This document shows positions 11,885 to 25,624 of a DNA stretch of 64,000 nucleotides, one piece after another. How positions within the stretch are numbered: the stretch's first letter is position 1; every line of letters begins with the position of its first letter. Both the position numbers and the translations under genes were made by a program. The DNA comes from Geosiphon pyriformis uo1 (Eukaryota > Fungi > Glomeromycota). The notes under the pieces are model-generated. The model was not told the origin of the DNA. It was given only the letters and a program-made list of their open reading frames with translations, and ran no database searches. The DNA lies in NCBI GenBank assembly GCA_016748015.1, contig JAAOMT010000327.1, positions 28,966-92,965 on the forward strand, given 5' to 3'.

Positions 11885-13659
11885 AAAATAAAAACAATAT
11901 AAATTTTTGGTAAGATTACACTTAATTAAAACAAAATAAAATATTATTATTATTATTATTTTAAAAATTATTTTTAGAATTTTTAGAACCAAAATATTTT
12001 GTTATAAGATTTTTTACTTTAATAAAAAGCTTTTAAAACTATTAAAAATTAATAAACAAATAAATTAAAACTAATTAAAACAATTTTATAAAATTAAATT
12101 ATCAAATTTTTTATGATTAAAACTAGATAATAATTGGTTAAAAAACTTGGATTTTATATTAGTCTATAATAATTTTTTTAACAATTTAAAAATATATTGT
12201 ATCATTAAAAACAAAAAAATTATTAACAATATTTGGTACTTTTTCCGAAAATTAATATACTTAAGAAATTATACAAAATAACAACTACTTTCAAACAAAA
12301 ACTTAAAGTATTATTAACAATTTTATATTTATTGCATATAAAAATTTAGAATTTTAAATAAAATTTTAATTATAAAATCTACTTTTTACAATTATCTTGA
12401 AAACAAATTTAATTCTTAATTTAAAATCAAATTTTAAAAATACATATCAAAAAAATAGAAAGCAGTTCAAAATTTTATAAAAGTAACAACTAATATATGA
12501 AAACTGACTGTTAAAAACCAAAAGCTAAATTAAATAAAACAATACTTGCAATTATTTTATTTTGAATATTAAATATTCAAAAAAAATAAAAAGTAAAAAC
12601 CCAAAAAACTTAGAAAAAAGCTTAAAAAAAGTAAAAGTATAATTATTTTATATTATATTGCCAAAATTTTCGAATTTTCAAAAAAATCTTTTAATTAGCT
12701 TTTAAAAATAGTTAAATAAAGTTACAAATACCATTAAAGTTAATAGATAAAATTTAATCAAAGTCTTTAAAATAATTTTTTACTTTTTATAAAGAATAAC
12801 AAATAAATATTTGGAAAACCAAACAGCTTTTTTTGATACTTAAGATGCTTTTTATAAATGGCAATAATTCTATTACTTTCAAAATTGGTTTAAAAACATT
12901 GAATAACAAAAATCAAATTACATTTAATAAATACTTTTATTAATACTATTAAAACAATTAAAGTTTATGAAATAATTATTAAAAAACCAATTTATACCAA
13001 ACTTATAAATATAGTTATTAAAAAAATTAGTATAGAAATAAAAAAATTGGAAAAAAAATTAATAAACATATTAACTATTATATGTGTAAAATTAAAATTA
13101 AAATCAAAGTTAATATTAAAATCAAAAACTGAAACCAATTTTAACAAAACTAAAATTAATCAAAAACAAAAAAAAATTATTTAATATTATAAAACAAAAC
13201 AGTATAATTTACAATAAAATAATTAATCTTTTTTGTTTAGCAAAATCTTATAATACACAATTTATTTAGGGAATTGCTAAATTGACTCACCCGCAACATG
13301 TGATATTAATATATATAGAATTTTAATATTTATTTATTAGTAAATTTAATAAATTTTTGTTTAATTAAAATAAAAATTAACTTTTTTTTATATAAAATTG
13401 AATATAGATTATATATATTAATTTTTTATTATGCCTTAACTAATTAATTAAAAAACACTTCGTTGTGAACAACCATATTATTTGTTAATATGTTTTTATA
13501 TAGTTGAATACGAAGCTATGACATAAATGATATTACATATTGCAGGTGGATTGATTTAGCAATTCTCTTTATTTATTATTTATTTAGATTCAAATATTTA
13601 AAAATAAAGCATTAAAATTTTTCAGCCAATATTCTTTATAATTTAAATATTTTTTCTTT
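11885..13659 (+). mobile_element. Degenerate Gypsy gag remnant (second gag type)
   Basis: ~12645-12900 reads YIAKIFEFS, later IFYFL, homologous to the minus-strand gag at ~18500-18840 (VYIAKITEFT...ISYF). Confidence 0.6.
13269..13567. mobile_element. MITE / non-autonomous DNA transposon (299 bp)
   Basis: ~40-bp TIRs GGGAATTGCTAAATTGACTCACCCGCAACATGTGATAT / GAGAATTGCTAAATCAATCCACCTGCAATATGTAATAT (rc); 8-bp TSD TTTATTTA at 13261-13268 and 13568-13575. Confidence 0.9.
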
Positions 13660-15131
13660 TAAGTTTATGTATAACCTAATCTTTATAACAATGCTCTATT
13701 CTATACTTCTCTCAATGTCCATGTGGTAATGCATTCTAATTATTCTCACTCTGTAGACCTTTAGGGCTATTTTATAAACTCCCATTGCTTTTCTATTAAT
13801 CCATAATGTCTCTTGTCTCCTCTAGTTCACCTTTAAAATAAGCTTACATATAATCTAGCTCTACTACAATTCAACTCGTTCCAATTATTGTGTTGTCAAG
13901 ATTTGTAACATTTTCTTAATAAGCATGTATTATTTCCTTGCTTACCTTTTTGTGTCTTGAGGCACTTTGCATAAATTTTGTCATATGTAGTCTTAGGATT
14001 CTGTCAAGCATATTAATTAACAAATTCCCAATTGACTTGGTTTATGTTGTCAAGTTATGAGAAGGAAACAAAAAAACATAAGTGCGTTTATATTTTGCTG
14101 TACTCCTTTGTATCATGAGGCATATCATGTTGTAGAACAATTGCACGCATCAAATCAAATTGTCTGATTGTTGCCCTTGTGATTGATGTTTTTAACATAT
14201 CTTTGTTATAGCTAGATTTGTACAAATAGTTCTAACCATACTAATTAGTGATTTATGTGTTTAAAGTAATCTTTGTTTATCATCAAAGAAAAAAAATTCA
14301 GAGGTAAATCAAACTGTCTTTGATAGTTGATAAATTTATGTTGAGCCACAGTTGTGCCACCAAACCAAGAATTAAAAATGTCTGTTAATGCCGTCGAATA
14401 TTCACTTTGTCTAGTTTTGTTGCAGCATGTCCCAAATAATTTTTTAATATTGTTAATTAAATATTATTATGCTACAATATTTTATTTTAAGCAATATTAA
14501 ATGTTAAAAATATATAATACAATAATGACTTGAAAGTTAATTTAATATTTAAATTAAAAAATAAATAACAATATTGATAAGCCATGGGTATGTGCAAGCC
14601 ATTTCAAATGGTAACTAATATAGGCAACATATTTGGAGAAATTAGTAGCCAATAGAAAGTTTGCTGTAGTGATAACTAATATTCTTAATTGGCTCTAATC
14701 TAATATTTAATAATTTGTTGGGCTATGTCTTCAGAAAAAAAAATAAACAATATTATTAATGAATTTTACACATTAAAATAAACAATTATATTACAAAGCA
14801 TACTGTAGGGGCTATTTAATAAAAGTGGCTTTGTTATCTAAATAGTAATTTATACTTATAGATAAAAGATCTGAAATGTTAGTTATATAACATTATGACC
14901 ACTATTAAAGCTATCAAACATTAATTAAAAGTGGCAATAACTTAATATAAAAGATATATAAAGAAACTAAAATAAAAAGTAAAAAGTTGGATGAAAAAAA
15001 TGAGTTAAGTAAATTAAAAAAAAAGTTAAAAAAGAAAAAGTATGATAAAAAAGAAATAAAAAATAAAAGTAAATAAAAATAAATAAAGAGTATAAATACA
15101 AAAATTACAAAATATATTAATAAAAATAATT
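13660..15131. repeat. Outer inverted repeat, left arm (pairs with 58182-59738)
   Basis: Colinear reverse-complement match; e.g. TTTATAACAATGCTCTATTCTATACTTCTCTCAATGTCCATGTGGTAATGCATTCTAATTATTCTCA is exact. Differences are mostly transitions. Confidence 0.95.
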
Positions 15132-16418
15132 ATGACAGATTAAAAAAATAGAATAAAATAATATTTGTAAGAAAATAATTAAAGTGGAACTGTTAAATAA
15201 ATTGTTTAATAACTTGTTTTTATAACTTGTTTTTTTTTCAATATTAAAACTACTGTATATATACATATTTGTAGTTCTATAAAAAAACATATTATAATAC
15301 TTTTTTTTAATATTTGAATCTGGTATTTGCTGCTATTATCAGTTGGTATTGGCCATTATTGTAGATTGCTGCTTGCCATCATTATGAGATAATACTTACT
15401 ACTATGTTAATTATTATCTTTCTAAGATTATTATTGTGCTATATTATATTGAATAATTTATATTATTTTATAATTTTTTTGCTAAATTCTTGAATTATAA
15501 TTCTATATTAAATAAAATTTCTTTCTTAACTTTTTTGGCAATTAATAAAGTGTATTAACAGATCTGATTGCATACTTTTTTTTCATTTCAATATTAATTC
15601 AATTGTATTTCTTCAGCAACAATTCTTTATATGTGAGACAAAATATGTTGTCTTATTTTTTGCTTTATTTTGAACTGCCAAATCATTTTTAATAGCAAAC
15701 TTTGCAGTAATAACAAGTATAAGTTTCATATTTTTTTTCTAATAATATGCAAGCTTTTATAGATAACAGCTTTATTGCAATTTTTGTATTTGAATAAAAT
15801 ATAAGGTGGTTGTTTTTTTGGTTCTGGTTTTAAATATAAAATATACCAACTATTAACTAATTTAATTGTAAAAATGAATTGTAAGTTAGTTTTTTTAAGT
15901 TATAATAATATTAGTTGTGATATAAATGTCTCAAATAGCTGCTCAGTTTTTTCAGTTTAATTAGATATTAATTTAAAAGCCATATAAGTTTTAATAATTG
16001 GCATTTTTTTTTAAATTCGAATATTAAAGTTTTTTCAGATTGTTTATTAAAATTATTACAGGTAGTAAGTACTTGAATATATTGTTTTTGGCATAAAATT
16101 TTGAGTTCTTAAGTTTTCTACTCTAAATTTGCATTGATCTTAGAAAGCCAATTATTTTTAACAAAAACTTGATATTAAAGTATATCTATAATTAAAACTT
16201 TCGTTTAAATAATAATTTAAAAGAAATTTGTTAATTTTTTCTACTAGAGTTTTTTTTATATTATTGGCAATAACAATAATTATTTAAATAGATTGGTTAA
16301 TACTTTGTTTAAGTTGTTGTATTAGTTGATAAATAATGATGCTTTTGGCAAATCTACTGTATAAAATTAAATAGATTGGTTTTTTTTTGATTTTTATTTC
16401 AGTATATATTGTAATAAT

Positions 16419-17554
16419 TAGAGTTCTAATTGAACTAAACTGAACTGTATTTTAAGTGTTGTTCAAGTTCAATTCGAATTACAAACTGAATTTGAACTAA
16501 ATCAATTTTTCAAAGTAGGTTCAGTTTGAATTCAGCATTGAACTTTTTTGACAAATCTGAGTTTGGTTTAAGTTTGGTTTAAGTCTAATTCAAAGTTTAT
16601 GAATTTATTCAAGTTTGATGAAATTAAAAAAATATAATACTTGTACTATTTGTTCATTAATTATTACTTTGTTTAATTACTATAATTAGTTAAAAAAGTA
16701 TATAAAACTATATATATATAACAACTCTAATTTTCAACTTACCAAAATGAATTTATTATTGGTATAATTTAATGTTACTAAAGATTTAAAATTCAAAATA
16801 ATAGAATTTGATAATCTAAATAGTTTAAATATTTATATATTTGGTAAACATAGTTTTCAAAATAAAATATAAGACTATTTTGATAAATTTAAATAAATAA
16901 AAAAAACAGCTAAATGTATAGTCTCAAAATATGTACATAAACTATTTTTTTACAGAACTATGGGTACTACCAAATTCTTATGACACTATTTAAAAATTTT
17001 TCATCAAACAGTATATATTATAATATAAGAATATTATAAGAAAAAACAAAATATTCAGAAAGATTACAAGTCAATTAAAAAAATGTTTTAATGAGTAAGA
17101 TTGCTATTTTTTTTATAATTTTTGGCCAATTTAATTAGAAAACTGCTCTAACTTTCTATAGTAACTGCTATTAATATTAATAATAAAAAACTTTATGATA
17201 TGATTACTATTTGGTCTTTTCTGTAGATGAAAATATAATTACAAATATAAGATTGTATTTAGTGCTTAAAACTATAAAAGCAGTACAATATCTTTAATTA
17301 TAGATATAAAGACCATTAAAATGAAAATTAAATAATAATATAGTGTTTTTAATAATTAAACCTAAACATGTTTATAAACTTTAAACTAAATTTAAACCAA
17401 ATTTGTTGTATGTATTCAAATTTGATTTAAATTCAGTAATTTTAAGTTTGGTTTAAGTTTAAAGTTGAATTCTGCCAAATCTTTTGTTTAAGTTTGGTTC
17501 AGTTTGATGGTTTAATTAAACTTAAACCAAACTGGACTGAATATCTAAACTTTA
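16419..17554 (+). mobile_element. Internally deleted hAT-type DNA transposon with BED zinc-finger remnant
   Basis: Termini TAGAGTT.../...AACTTTA; 8-bp TSD GTAATAAT (16411-18) / GCAATAAT (17555-62); subterminal C(C/T)(G/A)AAC repeats; I*DYFDK..AKC...GTTKFL*HYL..H at ~16865-17010. Confidence 0.85.
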
Positions 17555-19601
17555 GCAATAATTGTTTTCTGTTTTGTTATTACTATATTGCTAAATAAGA
17601 ATAGATATTTATTAGCTTTAAATTTAAAAAAGAAGATATTTAAAAAATTGGTATTTTCAACAAATTTTGTAGATAAATTGTATTGCTGAAAGAGTTTAAT
17701 TTTGGTGTTGTAGCTTTATTTTTAAAAAATACAGTTTGTTGAAAATCCAGTTTTTTAGGTATTATTAATTAAATAAATTGAGTATTAAAATATATAAATC
17801 TTTATTGTGAATTATTTTAGAGAACTAATTGATTGTTAATATTAATTCTGTTGTTGTTAATTGTAAATTAATTCTGAAATAAAAATTGATTTTGTTAAAC
17901 CACTTTTCTTATAAATATTTAGTATTGTTAAATTGATGGTATTTGTTGATATTGTTAAATCTGTAAAAATTATTGGTGTTGTATTTGCATTGGTTGTAGG
18001 ATTAATTAATAGTAGTTATTTTAATATTGAGATTTAATAGATAATATGCTAATAGTTTAAATTAATAATATAATTGCTAAAGTTAAAAATAACATTAATT
18101 ACTCTTTGATTATTAGTTTTGTTGTATTTTTTAGCAATTTTGTTTTGAGTGTTTTAAAATTCTATAATAATAGCAATTTTGAAATTGGTTGCTAAATAAT
18201 AATAAGAAATTGTGTTGGTTTTGTTATTATTGTTCTTGGTTAGTAAAATAGTTTTTGACTTTTTAAATAAGTTGATCGATTTTTTTCTTAGCTATTAAGT
18301 TGGCTTTTTCAATTATAAAATTAACAAATTTCGTGTAGTTAGTTTTTTTGTTATTATTTTATAGGTTTTAGCATATTAAATAAGTATGGTTAAATTTTCT
18401 GGTACATGTAGACAAATTTTCTTAAGTCTAACAATAAATTTGTCTAATATTTGAGCATTAAAATAGTAATTATTGGTTTTTAATTGGCAAATCTTTCAGA
18501 GAAATTTGTTAAACTTCTTAAGATAAGTTATAATAAATTATATTGGTTTTTGCTTAATGTTTTGGAATTAATTTTAATGAATAATAAATGTATTGTTGTT
18601 AATGAACTGTTCAAAGAAAGCATATTTGAATGCTTGTTAATTTTTAAAAAATTTACTCAAATTTTCAAACTATTTGTCTGCAGTTTTTTGATGAAAATAA
18701 GAAATAGATTTAAATATTTTTATAATATTCTATCCATTAACATTTCTTGCTTTTGAAACTTTGTTCAACTATTTTTGAGAATTAGTGTTAGCATTTTTTT
18801 CTGTAAATTCAGTGATTTTTGCAATATAAACAGTTGTTATTTTTTTTGTATCTTTATTTTCAGCAGTTTTTTTTTCAGTAAATTCAAAAACGTTTTTGTT
18901 GTTATTTATATTATCAGAGTAATTACTCCGGTTTTTTGTTAAGTAATTAAAAAAATTTGTGCTAATAAAAATTTGTTTAGGCTGTTGTATTAAACTTTTT
19001 GGTAATATAAAGTCTTTTGGTCTTAAAAATAATTAAATAGTAAATTTAGTATCTGAACTTAAGCAATTAAAGCTAGAAATGATGTAATTAAAAGTGGTAA
19101 TTTAGAACTGGCTCTTTGTTTGAGTGTTTACAAATAATAAAAAATTGTTTTTGGTGAGTTGGGTGTTGTATAAACTGGTTAGTTGTTTTTTTTTGCTTTT
19201 TTTACTTGTTTTAAGTTCAAACTTAAGTTCAAAAACAAAATATAAGTTGGCAAAGTATTTTTTTTTACAAAATTTGATAATGTTGTAATCAAGTTCTTCA
19301 AAATAAGTAGCATAATTATTAGCATTAATATTTTCTAATTATTTATTTAAGTAGTAAATAAAATTTTCAAGAAAATTTTGCTTGACTTCTGTAATATTGT
19401 AGTTTCCAAAAAAGTAATTATTGATTTGGTTTTTAATATATTAAGAAAATATTTTCTTAAAAGCTGTAATTTTGTCTTAGATTTTAAATCATTGTTTGCA
19501 GTAAGTATAAATTGACTGATAGTACTTTAGAGTTGTTATGTTTAATATAGTTATTACTTTAAAATTGTTGTTGCTGTATTAATTTATAAAAGAACACTAA
19601 A

Positions 19602-20546
19602 TGTTACCAAAAATTTTTGGTCTCTTTTTTTGAATGTTGTTAATATTGTTTGCTGTTAATTTCCAATTTTAGAAGCTGTTGAATTTCTGATAACTAAATT
19701 TATTTTCAAATTATCTTTTATAATTTAAATTGCTAAATTTATAAATAAAATAATTAATTCTATGCCAGTTATTTTATATAGTTACTTTGCAGTAAAAATC
19801 AACTCTTTCTCAAAATTGCTTGTTTAAAAGCTTACTAAATATATGTAGTTACTTTGCTGTTAAAGTCAATTTTTTTAAAGAAATTTTTCTGTAAACTATC
19901 TTAATAATTATAATAATAATAAAAAGAAAAAAGAAATATGAAAAAAATAAAAATTTGTTAAGAAAATTGTCTTTTGTTTAAATCTAGAGTTACTAATAAA
20001 TTAATAAAATTAGTAGTTAATTAATTTTAAAACGTTAATTATAATTTAAATAATTTTAAATTAATAAAAAACAAATTTAATTTTTTAAAGTATTTGATTT
20101 TTATTAATTTGTAAAGATATATAAAAAAATAATTGATTTTAATTAAGATTGTGATCTAAGATAAGATATTTTTTCTTAAAGAGAAAAGTTTTTTTTTATA
20201 CAGTGTGTTGTAATACTAGTTTATAAACTTGAATTTTTTCTTTATTATAATTTTAATAAATTAAAAATATATTTTAGTAAACTACAAAATATTTTTATGA
20301 ACTATAAATTACTTTAGTACATTATTAAAATATTTCATGTATTTTTACAAATTTTGACAAATTTTTAAATATTACAAAGTTTAGAGTATTGTATGATCTA
20401 AATATTATATTTAATTATATTAGTGTATTATACAAATTGAGTTAATAATTAGATAAAGATATTGTTATTATTTGATTAAATAATAAATAATAAAATAATA
20501 ATAATATATGTTAATTATTAATAGGAATTATAAAAGTAATTTTATG
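19602..20546 (-). repeat. 5' LTR of the minus-strand Gypsy element
   Basis: Ends GGTAACA on the minus strand; aligns end to end with 44624-45586 and partly with 56660-57360. Confidence 0.85.
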
Positions 20547-23519
20547 TTAATTACTGATTAAAATTTTATTAATAACAACAACCAAGAACTTTAAAGATTT
20601 TATCAAAAATCTTTGAATTAAATTATTGAGAAAATATAAAATACTGTTTAAAAATCTTATCTCAATAATAAATATTACTTTTTAAAATACTATTACTTAG
20701 AAATAACAAATGTTATAACTATTAATTAAATCAATAATTACTTTTTTAAAAGATATATTATTGTTCTAATTTATTATAATAACCAACAAAAAAAAACAAC
20801 CAAATTTATCTCTGTCAATTACTTTTTTATCAACAAATAAACAACTTCTTATTATTCCAGTCATGACATATAGAGACATTGCTAAATTAAAAAAATTCAC
20901 TAGTAAAAAAAAATACATACATATAAATTACAAAAGCTAAAAAAACAATTATAATTAATAACTGAAATAAGATTAAAACAATTTAAGTTTTATCTTTTTT
21001 TTAATAAAAACTACAGACTTATAATATTCAAGTCTTAATAAAAAGCTAACTAACTTTATTATTTTTAAGCTTGTTTTTTTACAGTATTTCTGTAACTTTA
21101 ATATCTTAATTCGACTATAAAATCAATTTAATATTATAAACAAAAAACTATAAAGCAGTTTTTATTTATCTTGATTAATTTAATCAAATTTTTTATCAAA
21201 TTCAGATTATTAAATGAGATTATTATACATCTGGCCAAATTCTAAATTAGTTTATTAAAAATAATATTCTTTGGTCTATTAAACTCTAATATTCTAAAAA
21301 CTTATAAGATGTAGTAATACTTGTTTGTAACTTTAAACTTGTAAAACAAAAAACAAATCATATTTAAGTTGTTAACTTAATTATAAATAGAACTTTTAAT
21401 ATTAACACAAAACTTATCCAATTAAATAAAAAATTTACTCAAAAAATTTAGAAACATACTAATTTTTACAATACAGAAAAAATAACATACTACAAAGTAC
21501 TAATAACAGCAATAATACCAATAACAACAACATTTTTAAAAACAAAATTTTTATAATTATTATTATTGTTAAAAACTTAGTTATATTGTAAAATATTATT
21601 ACCAAAAAATATCAAATCAGAAATATAGAAACCAATATTAACAATAATTAAGATGCTTAAAATTCATAAAATTTTAATATTCTTTATCTTAATATTAACA
21701 ATTACAATATTTATTTCAATTATTACAGAATTATTATTAAAAATTACACATAATATTACAGATACAACTTCAATATCAAGCCTTACAATATAGCAATTCA
21801 AAACTCTAAATTATTGATTATAATTAAAAATAACAAAGCAATAATAGAAATTAAATTCAATTTATTATAGTAATATTCTGAATTATAAATTGTAATAACT
21901 TATTATCTTAAGCAATATCAACAGAATATTTAAATTAGACTTTATATTTTGGTTTACTAAAATACTAGATTTTGATAATACTGTACTTTTAGAAAAAAAG
22001 TTGTAATTAAAATTATTAATTTTTTCTCTTTTAACAACAACTAGACTATTTTTAATATAAATTTTTCAGTCATAATTACCAGAAATAAAATGCTTATAGT
22101 CATATTTTTATTTAATAATAATAGTTTAAATACTTTTAATCTTTTTAATAAAGTTATTATTAACCAAAACAAATTAATTATAACAATATATACTGATATT
22201 ACAGTAAAACAAATAACCATTAAATTAATCTTTAACAATAAATTAATTAATAGCATAATTACAAAACAACTTATAGATTAAATAAATTACCAAGTTAATT
22301 AAACTTTTACTGCCAAAATTATTATAACTAATAGAAACACCAAAATACTAATTAAAAAAATCAACAACTTTTTTTTCGAAATTAATAGAATTATAATCCT
22401 TATCAAAGTTTTGATAATAAAAACAACTTAATATTAAGCTCTAATTGACAATAATTGGCTGATTAAAACTTGTGCTATTTTTGATTGAAATACACAAAAA
22501 CTCCAAATTTTATTCAATAGTTAACATATTTGAGTTTTTGTCATTTATAAATATTTTAAAACAATTATTACTAACTAGTTTTTTATCAAATTTAAAGAAT
22601 TTGTAATTCAGCCAATCTTAAAAACATACCAAATTTTTTAGACTGCTAATTTGGCACAAAACTATTATCACTATTTACTTGAAAAAAAAACAAAAAAAAA
22701 GTCACAAATATTAATTTTTGTTTATGTAATCCTAAATTAAAAGAATTAATTTTATTGTTTTTTAAAATTGGTTTGTATAGATTACAAAAAAAATTATCTT
22801 CAATAAACATCTGTATAAGAAACAATAAAATATAGCTAATTATTACTAAATACATTGCTATCTGTATATATTAGAACAATTTGAAAGTTCAAAATGACAA
22901 AACAAATAAAATAACACACTATGTTTTGTTTGTGGCAAAATTTTATCAAATAAAAGACTATAGAATAACATCTTTAATAAAAAAAAACATACAACAAATT
23001 CTGCCAATATATTATTCTTATTAATAACTAAATCCAAAAAAAACATCTTTTATTATTGCTTATAATTGAGCAATTAATTGACTAGACTTATATTTTTATG
23101 ATAAAAATAAAATCTGAAAAATAGTTACAGCAAAATAAAAAAAAGTCATGATTAAAAAAATCTATATCATCAAAAATACTCTAATAACAGTTAAAAAATA
23201 GATAAGCTGTTTACTAATAACTTTAAAATATTTTAAGAATAATATTAAAAATTTGTCTTTACTTAAAAAAACAATAACAATAACTGGCTGATCTTAATAC
23301 CCAATTATATAATCACTGTTTAATCTTTTATTATTTCTAATATTATAATAAATGTGATCTTTTGTTTAATTTATTTTTATAAACACTTTATTTTATCTTT
23401 AAACTTAGAAAACTTAAAGAAAAGTATGTGTTAAATACAAAAAACATAATATTTTAAAAATCAAATATGGCTACCAAAATAGAATAATAACTTATTTATT
23501 CTAATCTTTTTAAGAAATT

Positions 23520-25310
23520 AAAACTAAAATAATATAATAACAATAATAAAAAAATATGTTTTAAAAAAACACATATAAATAATGTTAAATTTGATTTAAA
23601 ATATTTTAAACAATTTTTTATAATTATAACACCCTATTTTTTATAAAAATAGATCTTAAATTAGCTTTAGAAATTTTTATTAATATTATAATTAAAAGTA
23701 TATCTTAGTTTAGCTTTGTAAACAAAAAAATTAATGTCAAAAAAAAAATAATTGATTTTAAATATATTGGTATTACCAATAAAAAAGCATGGTTTTAGAA
23801 ATATTTTTAACAACAACAATTTTTTTTTCTAGTAATATATATGATCATATATATTATTACTAATTATAGTATATACATAATTGTATAACTTATTTCAGTA
23901 TTTGAAAAGAGTAAAAGAGTGTTAAACAAATTGTTAAAATGAAAAAAAAAGTTGTTATTATTATTTTATTTTTGAATAAGAATTAACTTAATATAAGTTT
24001 TTATAAAGAAAAAAAATTAAATTCACATTTAGGTACAAGAAATAAATTGAAATCAAAAGACAAACTATTCAACCAAAGTATAACCAAAATTTTTTTAAAT
24101 AGTCATTAAAATATGTAGTATTTAAAAACTTATTTTAAAAGTAAAAATATAATTAGAATATTTAATTAATTAAAACACTATTATCAAAACCAATTTTTAA
24201 TAATGTGACACTTTTTATTATTTGATTAATACAAGATCAGATAATAAAATTAACAGCTTATTTAATAAAAATAAGTTATAATATAAAATATTAATTATAT
24301 GTGTTAAAAAACCAAAAGTAATAGAAAATTAGAAAAATAATAAAAAATACATACATATTTTAAATGTTAATAAGAAGCATTTAAAGTTTAAGAAAAAAAA
24401 GATATATAGAAAAGATAACTAACTGTTTACTATAAAGTTATAAAGAAGAGTTGGCTTAGTATAAAACTAATACTTCTTTTAATTTACATAAAACTGTATA
24501 TATAGTTAAATTACATGAGATCTACATACTATTTTAAGACTATTTTTAAGTACATTAATTATTTATATATATTAAATTAATTAATTTACTTGTAAGTATA
24601 CTTAGCATATTATTTTTTTAGAAACTAGTAATTTAAATAATCAGATTTAGATAATTAGATTTAGAACTGTAATTGTATATTATTAATACCAATTATGATT
24701 ATAATCAATATAATTAAATATAAATTAATTAATTATATTTCTTGGTATTTATTTCTGAATAGTAATTGCAGATCTAAAATATTAAACAATACAAATAAAG
24801 ATATATAAGAATTTTAAAGCATAATAAAGTTTGTTGTTATTAGATTATATATATTAATTCTTCATTTTTATTAGTTTTTCTTAGTTTGTCAAAATATTTT
24901 GGTATTTAATTTAGTTAAACAATTAAATTGTACTATATTTTTTGGTTATTATTGAACTAATTACTAATTTTTTATTTTTTATTTTTTATTTGCCAGCTGA
25001 TTTTGTTGATTAAAAATATTAATATAGGTTTTTTTTACATAATTTTAATAATAATTTCTATGTATGTGTTGTAATTTTGTATTAAAAAATCGTAAAAATT
25101 TCTAGTATTACTGAAAATTTTATTATAATACTTTCAAACAATTCTGATAAGTCTTATATAATCAAATCTTAAAAAAAAATTACTTAAATCATCTTTTTAT
25201 TTTTTGTAAAAATTTTTTAATTAACTTTAGCAGCAACATAAAAAAAATTAGGTCTTATCACTTAAAAAATTCGAAAATTTGAATTTAGTAAAAGAAAAAA
25301 TATATAAATT
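23520..25310 (+). pseudogene. dUTPase domain of copy B pol, split by the solo LTR at 23771-25110
   Basis: Left part KFDLKY..KIDLKLALEI..IIDFKYIG; right part NNSDKSYII..KKIT*IIFL..LGLIT*KIRKFEFS. Reversing transitions recovers dUTPase motifs I-V (AGFDL, SRSS, GIID.GY.G, KIAQ, RG..GFGS). Confidence 0.75.
23771..25110 (-). mobile_element. Solo LTR (~1.34 kb) inserted in the dUTPase domain
   Basis: The dUTPase frame resumes exactly across it. Flanks TTGG/CTGA fit a decayed 4-bp TSD CTGG. The minus-strand end TTATTGGTAATA resembles the GGTAACA LTR end of the other family. Confidence 0.65.
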
Positions 25311-25624
25311 AATCATGTAAAAAATACTAGTAATAAGATAAAACTTATCTATATTAATAATACATAATAAAATAAAATAAAACATTCAAGATTAAGCTTT
25401 GTTATTTAAAACTACTTCATAAATCTGTTATATAACAGATATTACAAATTTTTATATATTTGTCAAAGTTTGTAAAAAAAAACTCTTTCTTTCTTTCGTC
25501 CCAAATTCCTAAAAAAGAGTCATATTTTGAAAGTAGTTTTTTTGTTTTTCACTTGCTGTATCTTAAAATTTCTCTTACAAATAATCCTTTTATTGTGGAC
25601 TTAGAAGCTGTTTCTGGCAGTAGT

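Larger units (their letters stand above)
15480..20546 (-). mobile_element. Ty3/Gypsy element, 5' half (5' LTR, gag, protease, Cys-rich domain), truncated, with a hAT insertion
   Basis: LTR 19602-20546 homologous to 44624-45586. PBS-like TT(TGG>TAG)TG follows the LTR. gag VYIAKITEFT..LNKVSKA..QAFKYAF; protease KVLIID...YQVFVKNNWL (~16140-16200); CxxC region ~15500-15810. Confidence 0.85.

Noticed and set aside
16430-16620. Telomere-like or satellite repeats
   Set aside because: They are subterminal repeats of a hAT element bounded by an 8-bp TSD.
9250-23046. Short I/L/F/K/N-rich ORFs resembling membrane or organellar proteins
   Set aside because: Artefacts of extreme AT content in decayed TEs; no mitochondrial genes, rRNA or tRNA recognised.
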